Of a stretch of 64,000 nt of DNA, positions 32,153 through 41,301 are shown piece by piece. Below the pieces are notes generated by a model. That model saw only the letters and a list, made by a program, of their open reading frames with translations, had not been told where the DNA came from and searched no databases. Origin of the DNA: Anaerolineae bacterium. GTDB taxonomy: Bacteria; Chloroflexota; Anaerolineae; Aggregatilineales; J027. The position numbers and the translations under genes are program-made. Within the stretch, counting starts at the first letter, position 1; the number at the start of each line of letters is the position of its first letter. The stretch lies in contig WBUL01000003.1 of the NCBI GenBank assembly GCA_008933735.1, forward strand, positions 235,019-299,018, in the 5' to 3' direction.

Positions 32153-33303
32153 TTTTTCTCCGGTAAAAGTGCTTGAAAGACACGATTACTAATTAACCGC
32201 GCCCGCGAGGTAAGGGTAAGGATATTGTCTCTTTCCTCAATCAACCCCTGGGTTTTAAAGTTTTGGATGACTGCTCCGTAGTGCGACTCCAGACTTTCGC
32301 CAAATCGCTCCTCGAAATAGGCACGCGACAGCCCCTCTTTAAGCAGTCGCAGCCGCAGCATGGCGGTTTCAAAGATTTCCTCATTGCGGTCAATCTTGAC
32401 AATGGACTGGTTCGCTGCGGTGCGCGGGTATTCCATCACAGCGGTTTGCCTGCTCAGACGCTCGATGTACTTCTCAGGCCGCATCACATTGACCGTCCGA
32501 TGCCCCCCAGCGTACCCATGGGCACCTGCGCCTATACCCAGATATGGCAGATTGTACCAGTATTGCAGGTTGTGCAAACTGGGTTTCCCCCAACTGCTGA
32601 TCTCATATTGTTCAAATCCGGCTTTACCTAGAATCTCGGTAGCGGAATCATACATGTCGGCGGTCAGGTCATCATCCGGCGCGGGCAGTGCACCATATTT
32701 TATCTGGCGGGCAATCTCTGTGCCGGACTCCACCTGCAAAGCATAGAGCGAAAAATGGGTAGGTTGCAGGCTGAGGGCGTGTTCAAGGGTTTGCTGCCAC
32801 AGGATCAGTGTCTGATGCGGAATACCGTAGATTAAATCCAGACTGATATTGTCGAATCCGGCCTGCCGCGCCATGCGGATGCTGTTGGCGGTCTCATGAT
32901 TCTGATGGTCACGCCCAAAAAGAGACAGCTCCGAATCGTGTGCCGACTGCATCCCCAGGCTCAAACGGTTGATGCCCAATTCGCGCAGTTCATCACAATA
33001 ACGCTGCGTGACCGCCCCCGGATTCGCCTCAAGTGTAATTTCTGGACATTCTATTACGTCAAAGGAGTTCTGTACGGCATCTAAAATTTGTTTCAACTGC
33101 TCGGCGCTGAGCAGGTTGGGGGTACCCCCTCCCAAATAAATGGTATGGACTTTTTCGCCGTGTGTCAGCCACCGAATTTCCTTTTGAATGGCGTCTACGT
33201 AGGCATCTTTCAGGTGGTCGAGATTCGTATAGATGTTAAAGGCGCAATAGGTACACCGCTCACGACAGAAAGGAATGTGAAAATACAAGGACAAAAATTG
33301 CAT
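32149..33303 (-). CDS. hemW: Radical SAM heme chaperone HemW (HemN-like)
   Basis: 'YFHIPFCRERCTYCAF' (CxxxCxxC), 'GGGTP', 'EANP', 'YEISSW', 'HNLQYW'. Confidence 0.88.
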   Translation of the reverse strand: MQFLSLYFHIPFCRERCTYCAFNIYTNLDHLKDAYVDAIQKEIRWLTHGEKVHTIYLGGGTPNLLSAEQLKQILDAVQNSFDVIECPEITLEANPGAVTQRYCDELRELGINRLSLGMQSAHDSELSLFGRDHQNHETANSIRMARQAGFDNISLDLIYGIPHQTLILWQQTLEHALSLQPTHFSLYALQVESGTEIARQIKYGALPAPDDDLTADMYDSATEILGKAGFEQYEISSWGKPSLHNLQYWYNLPYLGIGAGAHGYAGGHRTVNVMRPEKYIERLSRQTAVMEYPRTAANQSIVKIDRNEEIFETAMLRLRLLKEGLSRAYFEERFGESLESHYGAVIQNFKTQGLIEERDNILTLTSRARLISNRVFQALLPEKK

Positions 33304-33420
33304 CTTAATGATCGCTCGCCTATAATGATCTGAGAGGAAGTTTAAAAAATTCTGAACTTTCCAGTCAAGGTAGCACGCCCCAATGATTCATCTGCAATTT
33401 TTTGTATCTGTCGAGGTATT

Positions 33421-35322
33421 ATGGTAGACACAAGGCGGTTTGCACGGGAAGCCGACAAGAGTTTGTTAGGAGTAAACAAGGCTCTTCAGGCAAATTCGAT
33501 TCTACAGAATCGGTATCGGATTGAAGGCGTTCTCGGTGTGGGAGGCATGGGGTCTGTTTATCAGGCTCGTGATTTACAATTCCCTGATGCGAAACGCTAC
33601 GTAGCAGTCAAGGAGATGCTGCACCATACGAATGACCCGCAACTGCGGGAGATGGCGCTGCGAAACTTCGAACGCGAAGCGAATATCCTGGCTGGTTTGA
33701 ACCATCCTGCTATTCCTGCCATCCACGACTATTTTTCCACCAACGAGCGTGCTTACCTGGTGATGGAATACATCAACGGGAGTGACCTTGATACGGTTAT
33801 CAATCGTCACGAAGGCTTTTTGCCGGTGACCCAGGTACTGCAATGGGCAATCGAATTATGTGATGTCCTGGCTTATCTCCATAACAGCGAACCACCCATT
33901 ATCTTCCGTGATATTAAACCGTCTAACGTCATGATCGATGTACACGGGCGGCTGCGTCTCATCGACTTCGGAATCGCCAAACATTTCGAGCCAGAAACCA
34001 AAGGTACCATGATTGGGACCGAAGGATATGCCGCGCCGGAAAGCTATCGGGGGCTGGCTTCACCCTCCAGCGATATTTTTGGGGTAGGGGCGACCCTGCA
34101 CCATGTATTCACCCGGCATGACCCGCGCCTTGAACCGCCTTTTACCTTTGCCGAACGTCCTATTCGTGATGTGAACCCGGAGGTGCCGCCTGTAGTGGAA
34201 GCCATTGTGATGAAATCGCTGGCTTTCTCGCCGGAAGAACGCTACCCCACCGCGGACGCGATGAAAGAAGCCCTCAATACCGTCCTGACCAGTGGTCGGG
34301 CCAACATCCTGACCATTGCCGCAGCGGATGAGGACTGGGGCACCCTGGAGGGGACATCCGGCATCGAGCCGCGCTGGAAGGTCAAGGTAGAAGATGAGAT
34401 CCGTTCTACCCCGGTAGTGCTCGAAGGCCTGGTCTTCACCACCGCCTATGACAACAACCTGTACGCAGTGGACATCGAAAAAGGCGAGATCAAATGGAAG
34501 TTTGCGACGGATGACTCGCTGGCGTCCTCCCCTGCCATATATGAACAGGAAAGCATGGTCATTTTCGGTTCAAAGGACTACAACCTCTATGCCGTCGATG
34601 CCCGCACAGGCCGCAAGAAGTGGTCATTCCAGACGATGGGGCCGATTTACTCCTCGCCAACCGTTAAACACGGGCATGTGTTTTTCGGCAGCGACGATGG
34701 GATGCTGTATGCGCTGCGGGCTTCTACGGGTCGGCCTGCCTGGAAATATCCCATTCAAGACCCCATTCGCTGCCGTCCGGCCGTGACGGACGAGCGCGTG
34801 ATCTTCGGAACCAAAAGCGGGGAACTCTACTGCCTGGATTTAAGTGGACAGATGAAATGGCGCTTCAAGGCACGCCGCGAAATCATTTCCTCGCCGCTGG
34901 TTGTGGAGGGGTTGGTCTTTTTTGGTTCGATGGACGGGCAGGTTTACGCTGTTGATATGGAATCCAGTTGGGCGGCCTGGAAATTCCAGACCAACAAACC
35001 GGTGGTCTCGTCACCCAGTTACGGAGACGAGCGCATTTATATTGGGTCCGTCAGTGGTATAATGTACGCGTTGGATTTCAGCACAGGCAAAGAGCGCTGG
35101 GCATTTGATACAAAAAATCAGATCACATCATCGTCGGTGTTTTTCAACGGCAACCTGTATTTTGGTGCCAATGACCGCAAACTTTACTGCCTGGATGCCA
35201 AAAGAGGCAAAGAGCGCTGGTCATATGAAACAGGCAATATCGTTCCGGGTTCTCCATATGTTGCAGATGGCATTGTCTATATTGGGTCCGCCGACCAACA
35301 TCTGTATGCGTTTAAGGCCTAA
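33421..35322 (+). CDS. Hanks-type Ser/Thr protein kinase with C-terminal PQQ-like beta-propeller repeats
   Basis: GVGGMG, VAVKE, FRDIKPSN, DFG, GTEGYAAPE. About eight 'SSP..vyfGs.D..lYAvd..tG...W' repeats. No TM segment. Confidence 0.95.
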   Translation: MVDTRRFAREADKSLLGVNKALQANSILQNRYRIEGVLGVGGMGSVYQARDLQFPDAKRYVAVKEMLHHTNDPQLREMALRNFEREANILAGLNHPAIPAIHDYFSTNERAYLVMEYINGSDLDTVINRHEGFLPVTQVLQWAIELCDVLAYLHNSEPPIIFRDIKPSNVMIDVHGRLRLIDFGIAKHFEPETKGTMIGTEGYAAPESYRGLASPSSDIFGVGATLHHVFTRHDPRLEPPFTFAERPIRDVNPEVPPVVEAIVMKSLAFSPEERYPTADAMKEALNTVLTSGRANILTIAAADEDWGTLEGTSGIEPRWKVKVEDEIRSTPVVLEGLVFTTAYDNNLYAVDIEKGEIKWKFATDDSLASSPAIYEQESMVIFGSKDYNLYAVDARTGRKKWSFQTMGPIYSSPTVKHGHVFFGSDDGMLYALRASTGRPAWKYPIQDPIRCRPAVTDERVIFGTKSGELYCLDLSGQMKWRFKARREIISSPLVVEGLVFFGSMDGQVYAVDMESSWAAWKFQTNKPVVSSPSYGDERIYIGSVSGIMYALDFSTGKERWAFDTKNQITSSSVFFNGNLYFGANDRKLYCLDAKRGKERWSYETGNIVPGSPYVADGIVYIGSADQHLYAFKA

Positions 35323-35337
35323 GCAAGAGAGATAAAC

Positions 35338-36363
35338 ATGAACATCCTGCGACGTATCTTTGGAGTAGAAGCCCCGCCGCCTGCGGAGGTAACCGCGCCA
35401 CCCGCTGAAACGGCTGAAACAAAACCGTTGGATCCACTCGAAGGCCCCACCGCGCCGTTACTCCATGACCGGGTGAGTGAAGAGTCGATCAAAACGGTGG
35501 AGGTCGAGCCAGTCCTTGCTTCCACCAACATCCTGGATGGGCACACCCGGAAGCTGCCGGAGTTAGATGAAGCCGTAACCGGACGGAATGGCCGCCGTAT
35601 TACCTACGGCATCAAGACCGATGTCGGGCAGGTGCGCCAGAACAATCAGGACGCGGTTTTGTCGTTCCTGGCAACTTTTGACAGCGCCGAACGGCAGCCA
35701 GAGTTTGGGTTATTTGTCGTTGCCGACGGCATGGGGGGACATCATGACGGCGAAAAGGCATCGTCACTGGCAGCACGTGTGGTCGCACGCCATACATCAT
35801 CCGAAATCTACCTGCCGATGCTCAAGAACGAAGAGTCAGACGCCGATCGTCCCACGATTGCCGAAGTGCTGCGGCAGGCGATCCAGAAAGCGAATGAAGA
35901 AGTTTCCGTTACCGTTCCTGAAGGGGGAACAACCGTTACCGCTGTCGCCATTATTGGTGACCTGGCTTATATTGCCCATGTTGGCGACAGTCGGGCTTAT
36001 ATTATCACGCAGGATTCTATTGAGCAGGTGACACGTGACCATTCGCTGGTACAGCGTCTCATTGAACTTGACCAGTTAACCCCGGCTGAGGCGGCTGACC
36101 ATCCTCAGCGTAATGTGCTTTACCGGGCAATTGGGCAAAATGAGCATGTCGATGTGGACGCCATAACACGGCGGCTGACTGCCAACTCGCGTCTTCTCCT
36201 GTGTTCAGATGGGCTCTGGAATCTCATTCCTGAAGAAGAAATTCGTAATACGGTCATTGGTTCGCCGTCGCCCCAGCAAGCGTGTGAAACACTCGTAAAA
36301 CTCGCCAATGCAAGAGGCGGCCCGGACAATATTTCAGTTATTCTCATCAAAATACCAGAATAA
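35338..36363 (+). CDS. PP2C/Stp1-family Ser/Thr phosphatase with a Pro/Glu/Thr-rich N-terminal extension
   Basis: 'DVGQVRQNNQD', 'VADGMGG', 'HVGDSR', 'CSDG', 'GGPDN'. Confidence 0.95.
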   Translation: MNILRRIFGVEAPPPAEVTAPPAETAETKPLDPLEGPTAPLLHDRVSEESIKTVEVEPVLASTNILDGHTRKLPELDEAVTGRNGRRITYGIKTDVGQVRQNNQDAVLSFLATFDSAERQPEFGLFVVADGMGGHHDGEKASSLAARVVARHTSSEIYLPMLKNEESDADRPTIAEVLRQAIQKANEEVSVTVPEGGTTVTAVAIIGDLAYIAHVGDSRAYIITQDSIEQVTRDHSLVQRLIELDQLTPAEAADHPQRNVLYRAIGQNEHVDVDAITRRLTANSRLLLCSDGLWNLIPEEEIRNTVIGSPSPQQACETLVKLANARGGPDNISVILIKIPE

Positions 36364-36371
36364 ATACGAAC

Positions 36372-37850
36372 ATGGACGCTTCACAGGACTTATACGCCAT
36401 ACTTGGCACCAAAGCAGACGCTTCGCAGGATGATATTCGGGCAGCTTACCGCACGCTGGCACGGCGCTTACATCCCGACGCTAATCCCAATCCAGGCGCA
36501 GCCATTCAGTTCCGGGAAATTGCCGAAGCTCATGAAACCCTGGGCAGCCCCGAAAACCGCCGCAAGTATGATAATTTACGGAAACGTCTGGCCGCTGAAC
36601 CGAACTATTTTGTGACGGAAGTAACGTCCAGCAAACGGGTGCTTCCAATTCTTGGCGAACCCCAGGTGGTTTACGTTTTACTTCAACTCACCGCCCACAA
36701 GGATTTTCAGGGACAGCAAAAGCGGGTTGCGCCGTTGAACCTGGCCCTGGTGCTGGATCGCAGTACCTCGATGAAAGAGGGCGGGCGGTTGGATCGCGTC
36801 AAAGTGGCAGCGCATCAGATTATTGACCAGCTTGGCCCAGCGGATTTTCTCAGTCTGGTGTCTTTCAGCGACCGTGCCGAGGCGCTGATCAAGGCAGAGC
36901 ACGTGACAGAACCGACCGCGTTAAAGGCGCTGGTTAATCTGATGACTCCTGGCGGCGGCACTGAAATCTTCCAGGGGTTGGAGCAGGGCTTCGAACTGGT
37001 TGAAAAAAATCTGAAACCCGATTATGTGAATCACATCATCTTGTTGACAGATGGGCAAACCTTCGATTCAGAACTCCTGAGCCTGGATCTGGCAGATCGC
37101 GCCGCCAAAATCGGCATCGGCATTAGCGCGATGGGCATCGGTGACGAGTGGAACGATGCGTTTCTGGATTCACTGGCTTCTAAGACGGGGGGAACCTGCG
37201 CTTATATTAATTCCCCTGGGGCAGTGGTCAAATTCCTGAATGAACGGGTTCGCAGCCTGGGCGCTTCTTTTGCCGAGCGCATCACCGTTTCGATTGCTCC
37301 TGATCCGGATGTGTCTGTGGAGTCAGCGTTTAAACTTATTCCGGCTCCCCAGCCTATCCCAAGTGACGAGCAGCCGTTGCATCTGGGAGCTCTGGAGGCT
37401 TCGCGCTCGATCACGCTTCTGCTGCAATTGCAAATGAGCAAGGATCTGAAAGAGGGCCCCCGCAGTCTGATCCGGTTGTGTGTTACTGGTGATATTCTTT
37501 ATCCTAAACGCCCTGGTTACCAGGTGGTGGTGGATTTACCCATCCAGGCGGCTCAACATCCTGAGCCCGAAGAACCGCCGCGTGCACTGCTGGACGCGCT
37601 GGGCAAATTGACCCTCTACCGTCTTCAGCAGAAGGCGGAAGAAGCCATTAAAGTTGGGAACTATGCGGAAGCAACCCGTCAACTCGAAAATTTTGCGACC
37701 CGCGCCCTGGCTGTTGGGCATGAAGACCTGGCGCGTACTGCCATGCTGGAAGCCAACCGCGTCCAGACCACTAAAATGCTGTCCGAAGAAGGGCGTAAGA
37801 CAATGAAATTTTCAACCCGTATGCTGCTGCTCCCGGAGGGTGAGGGGTAA
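36372..37850 (+). CDS. DnaJ-domain + von Willebrand A domain protein
   Basis: J-domain 'DLYAILG...HPD...RRKYD'. MIDAS 'DRSTS', 'GGT', 'LTDG'. Helical C-terminus. Confidence 0.9.
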   Translation: MDASQDLYAILGTKADASQDDIRAAYRTLARRLHPDANPNPGAAIQFREIAEAHETLGSPENRRKYDNLRKRLAAEPNYFVTEVTSSKRVLPILGEPQVVYVLLQLTAHKDFQGQQKRVAPLNLALVLDRSTSMKEGGRLDRVKVAAHQIIDQLGPADFLSLVSFSDRAEALIKAEHVTEPTALKALVNLMTPGGGTEIFQGLEQGFELVEKNLKPDYVNHIILLTDGQTFDSELLSLDLADRAAKIGIGISAMGIGDEWNDAFLDSLASKTGGTCAYINSPGAVVKFLNERVRSLGASFAERITVSIAPDPDVSVESAFKLIPAPQPIPSDEQPLHLGALEASRSITLLLQLQMSKDLKEGPRSLIRLCVTGDILYPKRPGYQVVVDLPIQAAQHPEPEEPPRALLDALGKLTLYRLQQKAEEAIKVGNYAEATRQLENFATRALAVGHEDLARTAMLEANRVQTTKMLSEEGRKTMKFSTRMLLLPEGEG

Positions 37851-37853
37851 TTT

Positions 37854-38387
37854 ATGAAAGTATGTCCGGCTTGCCAGTTTCATAACCGGGAAGGGTTGTA
37901 TTTTTGCGATGATTGTGGCTCCCCCTTGTTTGGGGATCAGGAGGAAGTCACCATTACCGTACCATTTACCCAGAAGCTGAATAATAATTCGGCACCACCA
38001 GCGGTTATCCAGGAAATCAAAAACGTTACGCCTGTCGGTACGACCGTATTAAAGTCCACAACGGTGCTGGTAGTGAAATTTAAGCAGGCGGGCCAGGAAG
38101 TCCGTCTGGAACCACAAACTGAAATTGTATTTGGGCGGTCTGATAGTACCAGCCAAACCTATCCTGATCTGGATTTGACACCCTATGGCGCATTAGACTG
38201 CGGGGTTTCTCGCACCCATGCCGCCATCCGTCGCAAGGACAACTCGCTCATGCTGGTGGACTTAAACAGTACCAACGGAACTTTCATCAATGGGCAGCAG
38301 ATTCCCCCCGAACAACCGCATATTATCCGGGATGGGGATGAAATTCAATTTGGCAAACTCGTAGCGAATATTTACTTCAAGTCATAA
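37854..38387 (+). CDS. Zinc-ribbon + FHA domain protein
   Basis: CPAC...CDDC. FHA residues 'FGR', 'SRTH', 'STNGT', 'DGDEIQFG'. Confidence 0.93.
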   Translation: MKVCPACQFHNREGLYFCDDCGSPLFGDQEEVTITVPFTQKLNNNSAPPAVIQEIKNVTPVGTTVLKSTTVLVVKFKQAGQEVRLEPQTEIVFGRSDSTSQTYPDLDLTPYGALDCGVSRTHAAIRRKDNSLMLVDLNSTNGTFINGQQIPPEQPHIIRDGDEIQFGKLVANIYFKS

Positions 38388-38402
38388 ATAGGAGAAAAAT
38401 TC

Positions 38403-38642
38403 GTGCTAACAGTCTACGTCCATATCGATGGGCTTGAAACCACACTCATGGAAATCGAGGAAATGCCCAAGCCTACCGACACGATCATTATCGGGCGTAA
38501 CCCGCGCCGCCGGGACGGGAAAGATGCACCCTACATGCTGCCCGAAGCCAATATGGTCATTTTCCCAGTCCATCGCCTCATGTTCATCGAGGTTATGCCG
38601 ACGGGGCAAGAAGAAGAGATTGCGACCTTCATTCGTGAGTAA
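38403..38642 (+). CDS. Small hypothetical protein (79 aa)
   Basis: AGGAG RBS and GTG start. Fills the operon gap with 15 and 12 nt spacers. Confidence 0.8.
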   Translation: MLTVYVHIDGLETTLMEIEEMPKPTDTIIIGRNPRRRDGKDAPYMLPEANMVIFPVHRLMFIEVMPTGQEEEIATFIRE

Positions 38643-38654
38643 GGAGCGCAGACA

Positions 38655-39407
38655 ATGACAGTGCAGCTTCCACGGACGGCACCCAAAGAGGCCAAACGGA
38701 TTCTGGTTGTCGACGATGAGCCGCGCATGATAGGGTTCATTCGTATGAATCTGGAATTGGAGAATTTCCAGGTCATTGAAGCCCATAACGGACTGGAAGC
38801 GCTGGAAATGATCCGCACACAGATTCCTGATCTTGTGCTGCTGGATATTATGATGCCCAAACTGGATGGGTACGAAACCTTACGAATGCTGCGAGAGTTT
38901 TCCACCATCCCCGTCATCATGCTGACCGCAAAAGGGGAAGAGGAGGATATCGTACACGGTCTGGAACTGGGTGCGGATGATTACATCCCTAAACCTTTCA
39001 GCCCGCGTGAACTGACCAGCCGTGTGCGAGCCGTGCTGCGACGGGCAGAAATGCCAACTGCCACTACAGAAAAGGCTGTTTTGCGGATTGATGATCGCCT
39101 GAGCGTGGATTTCAACCGTCGTGAAGTAATTGTCAATGGGGAGCGCATTAAACTTCGCCCCACAGAATACCGTCTGCTGTTTCATCTGATTGAAAATGCA
39201 GGCTGGACCGTGCCTCATGAGCAAATTCTGGCAAAGGTATGGGGATACGAATATCGGGACGAGGCCCATTACGTTCGTCTCTACGTGAACTATCTAAGGG
39301 AAAAGATAGAGGAAGACCCCGCCAATCCCAAGTATGTTCTGACTGAACGCGGCGTGGGGTATCGTTTCGTGGATTTCCGACGGCAGGAACAGGCTGGGGA
39401 AGGATAA
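38655..39407 (+). CDS. OmpR/PhoB-family response regulator (no cognate histidine kinase nearby)
   Basis: 'ILVVDDE', 'LLDIMMP', '[10 protein letters not shown]', winged helix 'TERGVGYRF'. Confidence 0.95.
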   Translation: MTVQLPRTAPKEAKRILVVDDEPRMIGFIRMNLELENFQVIEAHNGLEALEMIRTQIPDLVLLDIMMPKLDGYETLRMLREFSTIPVIMLTAKGEEEDIVHGLELGADDYIPKPFSPRELTSRVRAVLRRAEMPTATTEKAVLRIDDRLSVDFNRREVIVNGERIKLRPTEYRLLFHLIENAGWTVPHEQILAKVWGYEYRDEAHYVRLYVNYLREKIEEDPANPKYVLTERGVGYRFVDFRRQEQAGEG

Positions 39408-39413
39408 GCAGGC

Positions 39414-39941
39414 ATGGCAAACTTATACAAAATCATTGTGACCGGGCCATTTAGCTGCGGCAAGACAACGTTTGTCAGCACGATCTCAGAAATTCCGGTG
39501 GTCAGCACTGAACGGAAAATTACGACCGAAGATCGGGGCGTGAAGGCTGAGACGACCGTTGCCATGGACTATGGACGGGTAACCCTGGATGGGCGCGTGC
39601 TGCACTTGAATGGCACGCCAGGGCAGGCCCGCTTTGATTTTATGTGGGAAATTCTGGCCCATGAAATGAATGGTTTTATTGTTCTGGTGGACAGCACCGA
39701 TCCGCCGTCTTTTCCGGATGCCAGTGAGCTCATCAAGTTGTTCTCAAAAATGAAACAGGTTCCCTATCTGGTGGTGGCAAATAAAGCTGACAAAAGCGGT
39801 GCGGTAAGTCTGGGGCAAATCCGGCGTGAGATGGAAATGGATGAGAATGTCACCGTCATGCCCTGCGACTCGACCAGCAAATCCAGTGTGCGGCAGGTCT
39901 TACTGCAAGTGATCGAACTGATTGAGCGCAGCCGCCAATAA
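39414..39941 (+). CDS. MglA/CvnD-like small GTPase
   Basis: G1 'GPFSCGKTT', 'TTVAMDYG', G3 'GTPGQARF', G4 'NKAD'. Confidence 0.9.
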   Translation: MANLYKIIVTGPFSCGKTTFVSTISEIPVVSTERKITTEDRGVKAETTVAMDYGRVTLDGRVLHLNGTPGQARFDFMWEILAHEMNGFIVLVDSTDPPSFPDASELIKLFSKMKQVPYLVVANKADKSGAVSLGQIRREMEMDENVTVMPCDSTSKSSVRQVLLQVIELIERSRQ

Positions 39942-39961
39942 TAGATTGATAAAAAAATCTC

Positions 39962-39998
39962 TGAAAAGGCGCAGGGTCTCCCCATCGCGCCTTTTTCA
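39962..39998 (+). terminator. Rho-independent terminator ending the kinase operon
   Basis: TGAAAAGGCGC...GCGCCTTTTTCA. Confidence 0.65.
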
Positions 39999-40063
39999 TT
40001 TCGCAACTTCTCCCTCTTGTACCGCGTATACAACTATAGACAAACTCATAGGAGGGAAGAAAC

Positions 40064-40489
40064 ATGCCCAGTGCACCCCGTTTTGATCCGATGAAAGAAC
40101 TCGCAAACCTACGCGACCAGGTCAACAAGGTTATTGGCGACACGATTGGCTCATCCGGTTTTTTACCAGTGGACATTTATGAAACCGAGGATTCCGTCGT
40201 TATTGTAACGGCGCCGCTGCTCGGCTTAAAAACCGAAACGCTGGATATTGCTATCACCGAAGGTCACCTCACGATTTCCGGCGAAACAGCCAACCCGCTT
40301 GAGGTAGACGACCGCCAGTACCTTCGTCGTGAACGTAAATTTGGGGCGTTTTCTCGCTCTGTTCCGGTTTCCAGTGTGGTGGATCCGGAAAAAGCACGGG
40401 CAGAGTTCAAAAATCAGGTTCTGACGATCTACCTGCCCAAACTCGAAATCAGCGGCCCGAAAGTCATCAAGGTTAAACCGGTGGTTTAA
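40064..40489 (+). CDS. Hsp20/alpha-crystallin small heat-shock protein
   Basis: 'PVDIYET', 'LTISGE', 'RERKFGAFSRSV', 'VLTIYLPK'. Confidence 0.93.
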   Translation: MPSAPRFDPMKELANLRDQVNKVIGDTIGSSGFLPVDIYETEDSVVIVTAPLLGLKTETLDIAITEGHLTISGETANPLEVDDRQYLRRERKFGAFSRSVPVSSVVDPEKARAEFKNQVLTIYLPKLEISGPKVIKVKPVV

Positions 40490-40492
40490 TCT

Positions 40493-40524
40493 CCCCTTCT
40501 CTCATTGATGATGCCGGGAAGGGG
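40493..40524. terminator. Hairpin between convergent hsp20 and SDR genes
   Basis: CCCCTTCTC...GGGAAGGGG followed by a T run. Confidence 0.5.
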
Positions 40525-40528
40525 GTTT

Positions 40529-41296
40529 TTAAAATGTGCTGGTCAGTCCTCCGTCTACCACCAGCACCTGTCCGGTCATATAACGGCAGTAAGAAGAAGC
40601 AAGAAAAACTGCGGTTCCCGCAACATCTTCGGGGTACCCGCCGCGCCGCAGGGGGATTTTGCCCCTGCCAATGTACCAGTCTTGGAATTCTTCTGAGACC
40701 GTTAATCCGTCCTCTTCCAACATGGGTGTAATTAAGAATCCGGGTGCAATGGCATTCACCAGAATGTTGTATTGGCCTAGTTCGACAGCCATGGACTTGG
40801 TAAAGGCGATAACAGCCCCCTTGGTCGCATTGTACGATCCAACCCGCCCACGAGAAGCAAATCCGGCGATGGAGGAAATCGTGATGATGCGTCCATAGCG
40901 TTTTTCCACCATGTGCGGCGCCACCAGCTTTGACCCCATATACACGGCTTCCAGATTGACCGCCACCACCCGCCGCCAGGATTCGAGATTGTCTTCCAAA
41001 ATTGTGCCGTACAGGGCTATTCCTGCATTATGAACGAGGACATCAATTTTGCCTTTCCAGGACAGGAGATCCGCCACCGCAGCGGCATAAGCGTCATAGT
41101 CGGTGATGTCCAGCGGGTAGGCTCTGGCCTCACCCCCGCTGGCACGTATTTCAGCCTCAACCGCTTTCACTGTCTCGGCATTGATTTCCAGCAGCGCGAC
41201 CGCCGCGCCTTCCTGGGCAAATTCCAGGGCGATGGTTTTGCCTAACCCCTGCCCCGCGCCGGTCACAATCGCTACCTGCTTTTCCAGCAGTCCCAT
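40529..41296 (-). CDS. SDR family oxidoreductase (paralog A)
   Basis: TGAGQGLG, YNATK, 'VDGG'. Confidence 0.93.
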   Translation of the reverse strand: MGLLEKQVAIVTGAGQGLGKTIALEFAQEGAAVALLEINAETVKAVEAEIRASGGEARAYPLDITDYDAYAAAVADLLSWKGKIDVLVHNAGIALYGTILEDNLESWRRVVAVNLEAVYMGSKLVAPHMVEKRYGRIITISSIAGFASRGRVGSYNATKGAVIAFTKSMAVELGQYNILVNAIAPGFLITPMLEEDGLTVSEEFQDWYIGRGKIPLRRGGYPEDVAGTAVFLASSYCRYMTGQVLVVDGGLTSTF

Positions 41297-41301
41297 ACCG
41301 C

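Noticed and set aside
34380-35320. Periodic sequence similarity resembling a repeat array
   Set aside because: Explained by protein-level PQQ-like propeller repeats. Not CRISPR or a DNA tandem repeat.
33421-37850. Calling the locus a canonical TerY-P defence triad
   Set aside because: Gene order and domain content differ (PQQ propeller, J-domain, FHA, response regulator, GTPase) and the neighbourhood is housekeeping. Kept only as an alternative hypothesis.
39942-40063. CIRCE/HrcA operator before hsp20
   Set aside because: No TTAGCACTC-N9-GAGTGCTAA match seen. The inverted repeat present looks like a terminator.
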